From: the human T2T-CHM13v2.0 reference genome, Homo sapiens
NCBI RefSeq assembly: GCF_009914755.1
Contig: NC_060925.1
Length of the DNA: 64,000 nt
Strand: one strand, 5' to 3'
This document shows positions 27,501 through 40,050 of the stretch, one piece after another (within the stretch, counting starts at the first letter, position 1; the number at the start of each line of letters is the position of its first letter). The notes under the pieces are model-generated. The model was not told the origin of the DNA. It made no database searches and saw only the letters and a program-made list of their open reading frames with translations. Made by a program: the position numbers and the translations under genes.

Positions 27501-28263
27501 AATTAAGTAATTTTCTATACAGTTTGACCTGCTGAGTAAAGACAGCTGGATTGCTGGTTATCTCGAAATAGTGACACAGACTCTCTGAGTGCACTTCAAT
27601 TACCTCTTAACACAAACATTCAGGAACATCCTGCCCACAGTTCCACCTCCATGGGCTCTGCTGTATGCACTGAGGCAAGCCTGCATGGAAGGTTGATTAG
27701 GCAGGGGAATTCCCTGGTGAGGCTGAGGTCTGGAGTGCTGTGGGGAGCTCCCTGCAGACAGGCACAAGACCTGGCTTATGGATGCCTGGGGTAGGCTAAG
27801 AGTTACTTCTGCCTGTCTCCCCATCTCTAATCCATCCATCACCCAGCTGTGGGCCAAGAACCAGGGGTCTGGATCATCTCTCAAGGGCAGGAAGAGGGTG
27901 AGACTCTGAGAAGTGTGCAAGAAGAAAACATATTTGGTGTTATGGCTTCATCTCTTTCAAAGGTATCTAGAGTTGGAGGGTGACAGATGATTAACTCTGA
28001 GTTGGGTTATCTGAAATATGACCCAAGTGAGGATAGTCAACAGTAACCAGAACATATTATGAAAAGGAAAATGTAGATGTATTGTCACCTGGGCCAGAAT
28101 CCCCACAGAGCACTTTCACCTCCACATCGAGTGAAAATTCTACCTGGTCACTCTCTTGTGTCCCCAAAGGGTCATCCCAGGAAGAGGGAAGAGTAGAAAA
28201 GGAGTTTTGGGCCAGGATGGATTCTTGAGTGTGTGGTTATCTCAACTCGGACCCTCTGAGATT

Positions 28264-28509
28264 TCATAGCAGTGCCCGAGAGCTGCGGCGCTGCTCTCTC
28301 ACAGACTCCCCAGGCTCTGTCGCTGCTGCTGCAGCAGCTCTGCAGTTAAAGTCAGCTGGCTCTGTGGTGCCCATGCTAACTCCAGGAGCAGCTGCTCCCA
28401 GAGTAGGAAGAACAGTATCTCCAGTGCTAAGAAAAACTTGAGACTGAGGGATGAGCATATTGCCAGGCTCTTGGGAGGAAGCCTGCTGCTGGCTCAGTTT
28501 TCAGGATAT
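28264..28509 (-). pseudogene. Decayed LCE coding-exon fossil, type A, copy 1
   Basis: Minus strand cttaactcatgttgagATATCCTGAAAACTGAGCCAGCAGCAGGCTTCCTCCCAAG ... GCCGCAGCTCTCGGGCACTGCTATGA aligns with the LCE start (aactcctgccaggATGTCCTGCCAGCAG..CCAGCAGCAG) and end (gccacagctctgggggctgctgctga). Confidence 0.65.
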
Positions 28510-28809
28510 CTCAACATGAGTTAAGCTGAGAGTGAATTCAGCAGTAGACCACATGTGTAAACCTAGAATAAGGATACCTTTGCTTTTTCTAAACAATTAT
28601 CCCTCTGCTTCTAATTAATTGGCAAAGCCATTAATATTTAGAAAGACATTCCCCGTGTTACCATTTCATGGTTGCTCTTTGGTCTTGCTAGGTCAGATTT
28701 CAATCCTAGTCAACCCCCATGCTGGTTGCATTGCTGCAGCTGCACACCTAATTCAGAACTCTGTACAGTAATTGTAGAATTAGGTAATTCTAAACTTTTG
28801 TGCTTGTTA

Positions 28810-29035
28810 TAAGATACGTACTCTTATAAGTGTTTTATGTGTAACTCAACCAAAGGATCAATTAATTCACACAATGTTGCTATTAGGTAATTACAGTTAT
28901 TTTCCACACTTCATAGATGAGAAAACAGAGGTACAGACAACTTTGAGAACATTTCTAGGGTTCTAAGGCAAGTACCTGGTACTCAGAATATAACTCTAGG
29001 TGATATAGCTACTTAGTCTGTGATCTGAACCAGTT
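28810..29035 (-). mobile_element. MIR remnant (copy at ~40600-40820)
   Basis: ttccacacttcatagatgagaaaacagagg... Confidence 0.55.
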
Positions 29036-29974
29036 CTCTGGAGTTAAACTGGAAAGGCCTGCATTATTTACCATGTGTGAAATTGAAACAGCTTATGGTA
29101 AGATCTTCTCAACAAGCTAGACTTAAAGCAGCTATCCCCTAATTTTCCTGCCTGGTATACTAATGTTTCTGGGCTAGTTCCCATACTGCACAAAAGAAAT
29201 CTCGATTTCTCATACCTTTCTCTTCACCCATGTCCCTCTGTCCTTTCTGAAGAATATAGTCACAGTGGGCAGAGATTATATTTCTTTTATATCATGTTGT
29301 ACTCCAGAGTTTGCTACATAGTCAACAATACATGCTGAGTGTGTGTGAGAGTGATTTTTGAACTCTGAATATTGAACTTACTAATGGAAGACAGTCCCAA
29401 AAAATCCTCAGTTTTTTTTTCTCTTTAGTGATGTTCTGTTCTTTTAATTCACCTGATCATATCCTTCTCTCATTTACTCTCATAAGGCTGTCTAATGTTT
29501 ACCTAATTTGCTCAGTACTGAGTCTTTGGAAATAGTTCCTTGCTCCAGGGAATCCCAAGGCATGGATAGACAGTGATTGCAATTATAATATTTGATTAAT
29601 GTAACCTATTCATATAACACTAAAATTTTTCTAATTCTAGTGATTAAAATGATATAAATACTGGATACAAATGGGCATAGGCAGTGTGGGCACTGGTGTA
29701 TGTGTGTGAAGGGATCATATGTAATTAACATAGTTTTATCCCGTGATAACCTATAAATAGTGCTGTCTGGGTCATGAAAAACTATAGGTTCTGTCTTTGT
29801 TTTGATTGGGAAGTAAGTGCACAGATATTGCATAAAAGAGAGGTTACATGGACAATGAGTTTGTCAGGAACTTGGTATGAGAGAGAGATTTAGAAAGCAT
29901 AGTTATAAATAATCTGGAAAATTCATCCCACCAAACAAAATAATTGGCTATCTGGACCAAACAGTTGGTCTGAC

Positions 29975-29976
<2 letters not shown>

Positions 29977-30013
<37 letters not shown>
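29977..30013. repeat. (TG)n microsatellite (paralog at 41756-41795)
   Basis: Direct reading. Confidence 0.95.
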
Positions 30014-30016
<3 letters not shown>

Positions 30017-30116
30017 GTACTGTATCTAAGCTGTGTGTAAATTTGTTCTCAGAAACCTGCTGACCTTATACTAAAGTTCTCAAAATCTTTTTTGGTTAAA
30101 TTTTCTGAACTTTATT

Positions 30117-30303
30117 CCCAGCTGTGTGAAGTTGGGCTATTTGTTTAGTCCTAGGAGTCTTTGTTTTCTCATTAGTATAGTGGGGATATTAATACTACCT
30201 ACATCACAGAATTGGCATGAGGATTAAATGAGATAATGTATATAAAACAATTAAATAGGACCTAGAACAAAATAGGTGGTCAATAAGCATCAGTTATTAT
30301 ATT
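30117..30303 (+). mobile_element. MIR (copy at 41898-42085)
   Basis: agctgtgtga...ttgggc...ttttctcatt...tactacctacatcacag...tgaggattaaatgagataatgta. Confidence 0.8.
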
Positions 30304-30434
30304 ACATTTTGTTATTTTTATCATTTGTACAGATGTGTGTGTATATATGTATATATACATATGGAGGCAGTTGACCCAAAAGTACAGTTCCACTCAATGT
30401 ATACCTCAGGGGAAGACATGGAGGTAAGGAGAAC

Positions 30435-30883
30435 TGTTTTAGTTAGAGATTTCCAGAGAAATAGAAGAGATGGAGGGATAAGTTTATATTAGGAGATTGG
30501 CTAATGTGATGACTGTGGGGGCTGGCAAGTCTGAAATCTTGCCAGACCCCACAATCATCGCATGATAATTGTGATGATTATGCAGGCCAGCAGGCTGGAA
30601 ATTCAGGTAACAGTTGATGTTGCAGCCTTGAGTCTAAATTCTGCAAGGCAGTAGTCTGGAAACAGGCAGAGTTTCTATATGGCAGTGTTGATGATAATTT
30701 CTTCTTCTTTGGAAACCTCAGTCTCTGCTATTAAAGGCTTCAGCTGATAGGATGAGGCTCACGTTAGGAAAGATAATCAACCTAGTCAGTCTACTGATTA
30801 CATGCATACAAAGCAACATCTGGACTGGTGTTTGATCAACAACTGGATATCATAGGATAGCCTAGGCAAAATTAACCATCACA
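30435..30883. mobile_element. MLT2-family ERVL LTR (copy at ~42245-42634)
   Basis: ccagagaaatagaa...ggggctggcaagtctgaaatct...ggatgaggctcac...aaattaaccatcaca. Confidence 0.75.
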
Positions 30884-31001
30884 GAGACTGAGAGGATACA
30901 TGGAGGTCATTAGAGATATGATCCAACAGACAGAAGAGGTCTTCTGTTGACAGAAGAGGGTCAGCAGTGACCAGGACACACTAAGAACATGCCATGATGG
31001 T

Positions 31002-32117
31002 TTTATTTTCACTTAGGATAAAGGCAAATTTCTGGACAGACCTTTGGAGAATATTGGGAAAACAGAACCTTCTACCTGGTAACCCCATGAGTCTCAACAA
31101 GGCTGTGATGTTAGGAGGACTGGAGGGAGGGAGTGCAGCATGTGGCTGGGGAGGCCCTTGGCCTTTGCACTTTGGTTCCACAGAGGTGTAGTCAGTACAG
31201 CACAGACAAGGCTGCTGACCACTGCACGGTAGCTGGAACTCTGGGAGCTGATGAAGCTGTAGCTGCTTCCCATGCGGGGTCAGTCACACAAGAAGAACTG
31301 GAGGTGAACATGGGCTGTGCACTGGAGTGGCACTGTGAAGGGCTCTTTAAAGGCATTGGCATTACTGGTGGTGTTTTGGCAAGGTATCTGAGTTTGAAAA
31401 TGAATCGAGCAATAAGTCAGATAAATTAGAGCCAATATGGGCATAATTTTGCCCTTTTAAACCTATTCATGGTGTGCTGGCAGACAGTTTATAAAATACA
31501 TTAGTATCTAATAGTACCTATGAAGAACCATATAACCCCAAGTTAAAAGTGTTAGAAGTGACATTTCTGAAAACAGAACTAATGCTAAATCAATGTCAAT
31601 TTCTGTCTCTCATCATTTCATTTCATATCTACAGACCCATTTACTACCTACTATATTTCATGAGCGTAAAGAGGCTATCAGTTGTAAGGGGCACCCTTAT
31701 TTCATGCACCACAAGGAAATAAAAATTTTGCAAATTCAACTATTACATGCCACCATTCATATGGTATACACTGATTTAAGGGCTGTTAAAAAATGTAAGA
31801 AGAGTGTATCATGGAATTGATGAATTAAGTATAAAATCCATCCTCTTCAGGTCATATAAACATGTATGTACAAACTAGACAGGCCAATTCTTGCTTTGCC
31901 CAGGACACCCCTCTGCTGTGCTCCTCCCTATCACTGGGCCGTCTTCTCCTTTCATATTCCATACTCCCGGTGTTGCTCTTAAGACTCCCATATGGTTCTG
32001 CTGAGAGCCAGTTTGATGGCTCCCCCTGGCAAACTCACCCTGGTAACCAGGCAAGGAAAATGGCATGTCCCAGATGAGGCAAAACAGATGCGGGGCAGTG
32101 TTGGGACATCTCTTATA
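31002..32117 (-). pseudogene. Complete decayed LCE gene fossil, type B, copy 2 (TATA-like box, exon 1, intron, coding exon, poly(A) signal)
   Basis: TATAAGA 32111-32117; exon 1 ...gcatctgttttgcctcatctgggacatgcc...ggttaccagg|gtgagt (exon ends 32039); start codon decayed to ATA (31387); GCAGTGGTCAGCAG (GSGQQ-type) near the 3' end; TGA 31192; AATAAA 31002-31007. Confidence 0.72.
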
Positions 32118-35100
32118 AGCTATGCTAATACCAAGATCTGAAGTGAGTCCCAGCTCTAGCAGGACCACGACACGTGAATTCTCCAGCAGCTCTCTGCCTG
32201 GAATTCATGCCCCTCTGATGTCCATCAGCCAATATGACTTCAGCAAGAACCCATTCTGGACCTGGGTTTTGAAGCCCCAGTTTCTGAGAAACCATCTCTT
32301 GTTAGGAAATTGGGGGTTAAACTTATCCAAAACTTAAAATTAAGCAAAAAAGTGATTTCTGATTAGTCTTTTAAATTTTTACTTCTTCCTAGTAACTAAC
32401 AACCTTGCCTAAGGTGTATATGACTCTCTAGGTTTTTAAAAAAAATGGTGGCATGATTTTACTTAATGTATTTGGTATTGATCAAGGCCCAGACACTGTA
32501 AAGCTAGATTTAAATTATAGAAGATTTGTAAGTTGAAAATTATTTTGTGTGCTCTAGAAAATTTAACCTAATGGTTTCATTGCCTTTGAAAACTTTAACC
32601 AGTTTTGTATCTAAATTTGCAATCTTGTTCCAGAATTTTTTTGGTCTCTCCTATTCTTTGAACCAGCATTACCATCATGCTGATTCTCTTATTAACAAGT
32701 GAAACAAATCTTTATAATATGCCTGCTATATATTTATATGAGTCATGCTTTTAACTTTTTGGAAATTACAATTCAATAAACCCTTATCTCCACACATACC
32801 CTTTCAGGAGTGGAAACTGGGCCAAAATCAGACAGTGCCAGACAGTGTTGACAAGAAGATGAAAAGGACTACAAAGATATAGTAAACGGAAAATTTGGAT
32901 TAGTGAATCTACTAAATAAGATGAGATACATCAAGGGACATGGTAAGGCTTTTTCTTGTACTGTGGCTAAAATAAAGTTCCAGCATTTGGTGGGGGATAA
33001 TTTTCTGGAATATACGGAGTTTAAGTTCCCAGGGAGACAATTCAAGGAGCTACTTGGAAATATCAGCTTTCAGGAGACTGACTTTCCAGATGAGGTGAAC
33101 TTCAGATGAAATGTCTGGAATCAATCCCAGGCCATTCTTTTCATGTCACCTGTGTACTTGTTCATGTGGTCCTGCAATCATGCATTGATTCTGCCAACAC
33201 TCATGAGACAATTAAGTGTTTGGCTGGTCCCTGAGGGAACATGCACAATGTGACATGGGGTCTTCTGGCTCAGAGGGATCACCTATGATGATGTGAGGGC
33301 TGTGGAGACAGAAGCAAGAATACTTGCAGGCAGGTGTTTCTTCACTGACTTGTGAACTAATTATCAACATTTTCTGAGATATAAAGGGACAAAGGGGACA
33401 TGTTAAACAGCTGCTTATCTCCCAGTTCTGGTTTCCCAGGGGATCGGGTCCCATTAATTCTTCCATCGCTTATTCAACCACTCAATACAGACGCTCATGT
33501 ATGTGCATGTTCATTTTACCTGAATTTTTGTATAAATACAACATACACACATACAGAGCACACACCCACATACACACACACACAGACACAGACTTGCCTC
33601 CCCTACTTCCTCACTTACCACATTGTTACAAATATCTTTGTCAAAGAGTATGAGGAAGCTGAGGGTGATATCACCATGAAGACAGTGGAATGAACTAACA
33701 TGTTCTAATCACACTGGGAAATAGTGACTCAGGAGGTTCAGGCCCCAAACGTCATCTTCTTTGGACCTATGTTTGTCTGCAGTCATCTTCAAAAAGGCTA
33801 CAAAAATTCTACAGTCCTTGAGGTCATGGGCTACTTATTATTCACCTCTATATCCCTATATTTGGACATACATGATTCAAGAACGTTGTAGGCTTTCAAA
33901 GAATGCCTTTTGAATTCACTGCTCTGACCACACTGTTGACTTACTTTATCCTTCAGGTAAAAGCTTCCTGAGAGCAGGAATCAGATCTGATAATAGGATT
34001 GCATAACTAGGAGAACAGAATCCCTCAGTTAGAAGCTGACAATGGGAAACTATGCTTTCTCCGCATCCTCCCCTCCCCCACTAAGTAGGCATTAGGCAAT
34101 GTGAAGGCACAGTCTGTTTCTGTTTTAATCAGAGGTGTGAATATCTATTTTTTTCAATTCTAATTTTTAACACCTTTATTGAGATGTAATTAACATATTT
34201 GTAGTTCATTTGTTTAAAGTGTAAATTCAATGGTTTTCAGTATATTCACAGAGTTGGACAATCACCACCATAATTTTAGAACATTTTCATTACTTCACAA
34301 AGAAAACCTGTATCCATTGGCAGTAACTTCTCAATATCTCCCAGCCCGCTAAAGCACCTGGAAGCCACTGATATTTCTCAGAGGACAGGCATAAACATAA
34401 AAGGAGATACAGGGAACAGAATCTCATCCAGGCTCTTGTTCCTCGGATGCCCTGAGTCAGCTCTTCAGGGGTCCAGCCTGGGAGAGGCTGTAACTGGCTA
34501 AAGCCTCATCCCCTTTCTATTTCCAGAGATTTGCCTACTCTACACATTTCATATAAATAACATCATACAATATGCAGTCTTTTGTGACTGGCTTCTTTCA
34601 CGTAGTGTAATGTTTTCAAGGTTCACACTCAATGTATCTGTTTAAACTAAATGAATAAATGACTGGGTAACTCTGTCTAGTGCAACCCTGAATCAGAACT
34701 CTGAATAACTAGATTCCTGGCTGACCCTCTACTTCCTGGTAGGAAAGGAGTTCCCTCTGCATAGGAGCCCCAAGAAATGATGTCTACTTCCCAAGACAGG
34801 TTTCAAATAATCTAAGTGTCTGGTGGAGTTAAGCTCTCTGAGGGTAAGGGCTCTATATGGGCAATTAATGACACATAAGACCGGGGCAAGTATCCAATAC
34901 ATGGCATTAGTTTTTCTATTAAACATATATTTATTAAGGGTCTATCAGGCACAAAATGTCATACTTAGCTCTTTCTTGCTTCTCACTTTATATTACAAAC
35001 AGCTCAGTGAGATAGGTATATCTCACTGATAGGTTTATAATGGGCATTATATGTGAGAACTGATACTCACAGTGAGTATCATAGTAATACTCTAGCAATT

Positions 35101-35713
35101 ATTGATAATTGTTACAGCAACTTTCAGAGATTACCCAGTTATCATATGCAAGTTTTCTGATTCCAGTAGCACATTCAATACAAGTCCTCTGACTGAAGGA
35201 AATGTTTAGATTTTAGAGGGAATTGTTTATTCTCAATCATTCTCCTTGCTTTAGGTGACAGAATCAACTCAGATTTAATCCACCGAATCTGCTTGCCATG
35301 GTGAGTCGGAGGAAAAGCAGAAACACAGAGGCCAGGAGGAAGGGCTGAGAGCCTAGGCAAGGGAGGGATGCCTAGAAAAAGCCAAGGCTGTAGAAGCCCT
35401 CTGGGATGGCTGGATCCACAGCAGGACATGGAAGAGAAACTGCTCAGGGTGGAGGGAGTCATAATGGAACATTTCCACAAGGTCAGGGAAAGCTGTGGCT
35501 CAGAACTGATGTTTCCTCAGAGGACATGCATTAAAAAAATGCAGGGAACAGAATCTTGTCCAGGTGTGGGTCCCTTGGGTACCCTAAGTTAACTCTTTAG
35601 GGTTCCCACCTGGTGGAGGCTCTGACTGGCTACAGCCTCTCTAGACTGCAGCCCCAGAGAGGAGTCCTGGAAGCTCCTGAGGCCTCTTTGGATTGCAGGG
35701 ACTAAGAGGCAGG

Positions 35714-35872
35714 AGAATGTCAGGAATGACCCAGCGTGTGCCTGGTTGTGCAAGAGCCACCTCCTGCTCTTTCCAGAGCCAAGCCTGGGCCCTATAAAAG
35801 ACACATCCAGCTTCAGCATCTCATCTGCTCTGACTCCCCAGGGACGTGTCTGTGCTCCTGCGTGTGACCAGG
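35714..35872 (+). promoter_or_regulatory. LCE2C: LCE2C promoter and non-coding exon 1
   Basis: agaatgtcaggaatg 35714; TATAAAA 35793; donor GT 35873; acceptor 36538. Confidence 0.88.
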
Positions 35873-36559
35873 GTGAGTGGCAACCTGGGATACCAGAGGG
35901 GTATGAGCAAGGCAGAGGGATGGGGAGGATGGAGGTAGGCTGGAGAAAGAGTTGTGTGCTTGTGTTCTGCCATACTGAGCAGGAATGGGACTCAGCCTGC
36001 CTCGAATCTGTTGAGGCTCTGAGGCCTACCGGAGCTCATATAGGTGGGGAAAGCTAACTGTGCACATCTTTTCCAATTCTGTGTTCAGTGACTTCATGTT
36101 GGTAACTTCAAAACTGCTGTGTTGGGCATATTTACACCATGGAAACTGGCAAATACTTCAAGCCAGGCTCTTTTATCTGGAGGTTTCATTGCAAAATATT
36201 TTCCAGAGGACCCCTTGGTATGTCCTGCAACACCCAGCTTGTCCTTAGGGCTTGTATTAAAGGAATAGGTACTTCAGGGAGCTGTGAATACTCTATTCGG
36301 GCTTGTGAGGATAGAGCAATCGCAGTTTCCCCTGAAAGGAAGAGTAAGAAGCTCATTCTGTTGATTTTTTATCTACGTACTTTTATCTAGAGGAAAGATT
36401 CAAGTTGTTTCTTTCAGGTTACTGATGTGATTGTATTATCTAAATATCATTCTTCTTCTACACATGCATTGATTTTAGAAGAGGTATAATATGATCCTTG
36501 GTTTGAAATATTTAAAGAGTTTCATTATTATCTTTCAGGTTGACTAAACTCCTGCCAGC

Positions 36560-36892
36560 ATGTCTTGCCAGCAAAACCAGCAGCAGTGCCAGCCCCCTCC
36601 CAAGTGTCCTCCCAAGTGTACCCCAAAATGTCCACCTAAGTGTCCCCCCAAATGCCCACCACAGTGCCCAGCTCCATGTTTCCCTGCAGTCTCTTCTTGC
36701 TGTGGTCCCAGCTCTGGGAGCTGCTGTGGTCCCAGCTCTGGGGGCTGCTGCAGCTCTGGGGCTGGTGGCTGCTCCCTGAGCCACCACAGGCCCCGTCTCT
36801 TCCACCGGCGCCGGCACCAGAGCCCCGACTGCTGTGAGAGTGAACCTTCTGGGGGCTCTGGCTGCTGCCACAGCTCTGGGGGCTGCTGCTGA
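36560..36892 (+). CDS. LCE2C: Late cornified envelope protein 2C (110 aa)
   Basis: Diagnostic PCFPAV and [10 protein letters not shown]; AATAAA 37090. Confidence 0.96.
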   Translation: MSCQQNQQQCQPPPKCPPKCTPKCPPKCPPKCPPQCPAPCFPAVSSCCGPSSGSCCGPSSGGCCSSGAGGCSLSHHRPRLFHRRRHQSPDCCESEPSGGSGCCHSSGGCC

Positions 36893-39800
36893 CCTGGGCT
36901 ACAGAAGAGCTCTTGGGACTGAATGGCCAAGAACCTGCTACGGCCTGATGGATACTCTTTCCACTTCCTCTCATTCCATTCATTGGTTGGCAGAGACCAC
37001 AAAGACTCATGGGGCTTTCCTGGAAGAACTTCGTGCTTGATGTAACACCCCAATTGCAAGTCTTCTTTTCCTCCTTTACCTCATGTTATAATAAAGCTCT
37101 GATCTCTGACTCACTAAATGTCTTGGTCATTCTCTTCTCTTCTGAGATTTCAAATGTCCTCCAAAGGTCAGGGCCTCAGAGTAATTTTCTTCATGAGGCT
37201 AGGACAGGACATGAGTAGGTGATACATGAAAAGCTGCTCTGAGGAACTGATTCCCCCAGATGCTGAGTGAATGGAGCTCCAAGAGGGTCACCTCTGGCTA
37301 TGGTAGCTTTGCCTTTCTCTCCACTAAGCCAGACACATGTTCTAATTTTCTGTGTAATCCAGACGTTGGGAAGGTTGGGAAGCTCTGCAGACTTGTTCTT
37401 CTCTAGGGAGAAGAACACATCCCTATGAAGCAAAACTTTCCTGCCCTTAGAATCAATAGTTGGATAAAATGCTTGAAACAGATGTTGAGACCCTTCCTCC
37501 TGTAAAGTACAGCCCATGGTCACTCAGCTTCTTTTCATGAGTCTGGTTAAGATCAGCCTTTTGACTTGCTGCCTTGGACACCTGGCTTCAGTTCCTCACA
37601 GTGTTAGATCTGAGTCCCAGGATGCTGTCCTGCCACTTGGCTCACGTGCTGGGCAGGGGAGTGATGAGTGATGGAGATATTAAGTGAAAAAACATGGAAG
37701 TGTTGCTTAGAAGATACAAAGAATATAAGGAACATAAGAATACAAAGAATACAAAACGCTGTATGAAAGAATAGACCTTTCCTCCTTCAATACTTATCTT
37801 TTTTGCCAAGCCACCCTCAGAATGTGAGGGGGGAGAAGCGCCAGGATGGGTGGGGCATCTTAAGTATTACTAGAGGAAGGGGAGGGAAGCAGGGACACAG
37901 CAGGGGAAACAAGGGCTAGTGCTTCTTAGGTTCAGGCTGACAGGTGTCGACATGAAGATAATGGATTCAGCAAAGACGGATTTTGACAGAGATGGAGCCT
38001 CTTATTAATATGTTTACCTTCTTACTTACCCTTAGTGCCACTAAGACAAAAACCCAGCTGATTAACCAGTTTGAGATTCTGTACTGTCTGCATTTTAAAT
38101 CACCCTCTGCACTGAGTCAGTTTATTTGACTCAATGCTCTTTATTATTTTGCCAGTCTCATTATTAACTAATTTTCAAGTCCCTGACCAGTAGTAATTTT
38201 GAGCTTCCATAAATATGTACATTGGCTATTTCTACAAAATTTGTAATAGGATTTTAAATTTTCTTTTCAATTTTCAAGAGCTCTTGATATATCATGGATA
38301 TTAACCTTGATCTGTCTTTATTAAAATATTTAATACATCATAATTAATTGACTCTGTTTATAATAACTTTTGCTATGGAAATATTTGTAGTTTTTAAATA
38401 CTCAAATATGACTTTCTTTGCTTTCATAGCTTCAGGGTTTCCTGAGTTGGTTAAGAAGTTTTTCCTTGTCCTTAGTGTTTACATGTCAGCAAACAAAACA
38501 AATAAAAAAACCCAAACAGTATAAAATGGAACACCAAGCGGGGGACCTAAGGTTGCCTGGGGCAGGTGAAGGCTGGCCTGCGGAGGGGTGGACACCCGAG
38601 TATGCTTTCAGGGACCTCTGCCTTAAGTAAGAGCAACTCACCGGCCCTTTCCTTCTCCAGTGGGCCTGCTATCTGGGGCTCCATGTGCTCCTTTCATGGT
38701 GAACATAATCCTTTCCTTATCTAAACTTCCATACACAGAATAATTTCCAATCTGACTATTGGTTTTTACTTGCATCTTATCTTATGTTTGGCATGTGTGC
38801 ATGTGTGTTAGAAATTAAGTTCTGCTACTATCACAGGAACTCAAAATCACAGCAATTTAAAGAGGAGAGCAGGCTATTTCCACTCACATGTGATTAAGTC
38901 AGAGGTCAGTAGTCCATGGCTGGTATGGTGGTTCCCTGGAGTATTCAGAGATGGATACCCCTCTGTCTTGTCATTTCATTATTAGTGCTTATTTCCTGAG
39001 AAACAGTTGGTGATCTCAAGATGCCTGATGGAGTTCTGATCTGCAACGCTGTACTTCAGGTCTGAAGAAAGAGAAAGGGTGGGTGAAAGGTCCTGATCCC
39101 AATAGAGCCTCTTACCTGAGCTTTCCTAAAGTCCCAACAATTTCCTAAATCTCACTGGCTGCTTGTATGTACAGAAGGGATAGAGAAGTATAAATTTTGA
39201 TATCTGGACATGGTGTGGTTCTGGACAAAATTTAAAGATGTAAGTTAAGAATGAAGTGGAGCACGCACATTGCGTACACATCCAATCAAGTAGTTCTTGA
39301 TATAGTTCAACCTGCTGAGTAAAGACAGCTGGATTGCTGGTTTCTGGAAATAGCGACACAGACTCTCTGGGTACACTTCACTTACCTCTTAATGCAACAT
39401 TCAGGAACGTCCTGCCCACGTTTCCACCTTTATGGTCTCTGCTGTATGCACTGAGGCAAATCTGCCTGGAAGGTTGATTAGGCAGGGGAATTCACTGCCT
39501 GCAGCTGAGGTCTGGAGTGCTCTGGGGGGCTCCCTGGAGACAGGCACAAGACCTGGCTTATGGAAGCCTGGCGGAGGCTCCAGGTTACTTCTGCCTCCTG
39601 TCTCCCCACCTCTAATCCACCCATCACCCAGAAGTGGGCCAAGGATCAGGGGTCTGGATCATCTCTCAAGGGCAGGAGGAGGGTGAGGCTCTGAGAAGAA
39701 GTGTGCTGTCCAATCAGAAACCATACTTGGTGTTATGGCTGCATCTCTTTCAAAGGTATCTAGAGTGGGAGGGTGACAGATGATTAACTCTGGGTTATCT

Positions 39801-40050
39801 GAAATATGACCCAAGTGAGGAGAGTCAACAGTAACCAGAACACATTGTGAAAAGGAAAAGGTGGATAGATTGTCACCTGGGCCAGAATCCCCAGAGAGCA
39901 CTTTCACCTCCACATCGAATGAAAAATTCTACCTGGTCACCCTCTTGAGTCCCCAGAGGGTCAGCCCAGGAATAGGGTAGAGTAGAAAGGAGTTTTGGGC
40001 CAGGATGGATGCTTGTGTGTGTGGTTATCTCAACTCGGACCCTCTGAGAT

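Larger units (their letters stand above)
18687..29257 (+). repeat. Tandem segmental duplicon unit 1 (LCE2D)
   Basis: Collinear with units 2 and 3 from agtcacagtggg(g/c)agagattata onward; unit-specific indels. Confidence 0.9.

Noticed and set aside
28229-28458. Ala-rich ORFs at 28229/28264 and 39995 as novel proteins
   Set aside because: Better explained as out-of-frame or antisense reads of the decayed LCE exon (type A).
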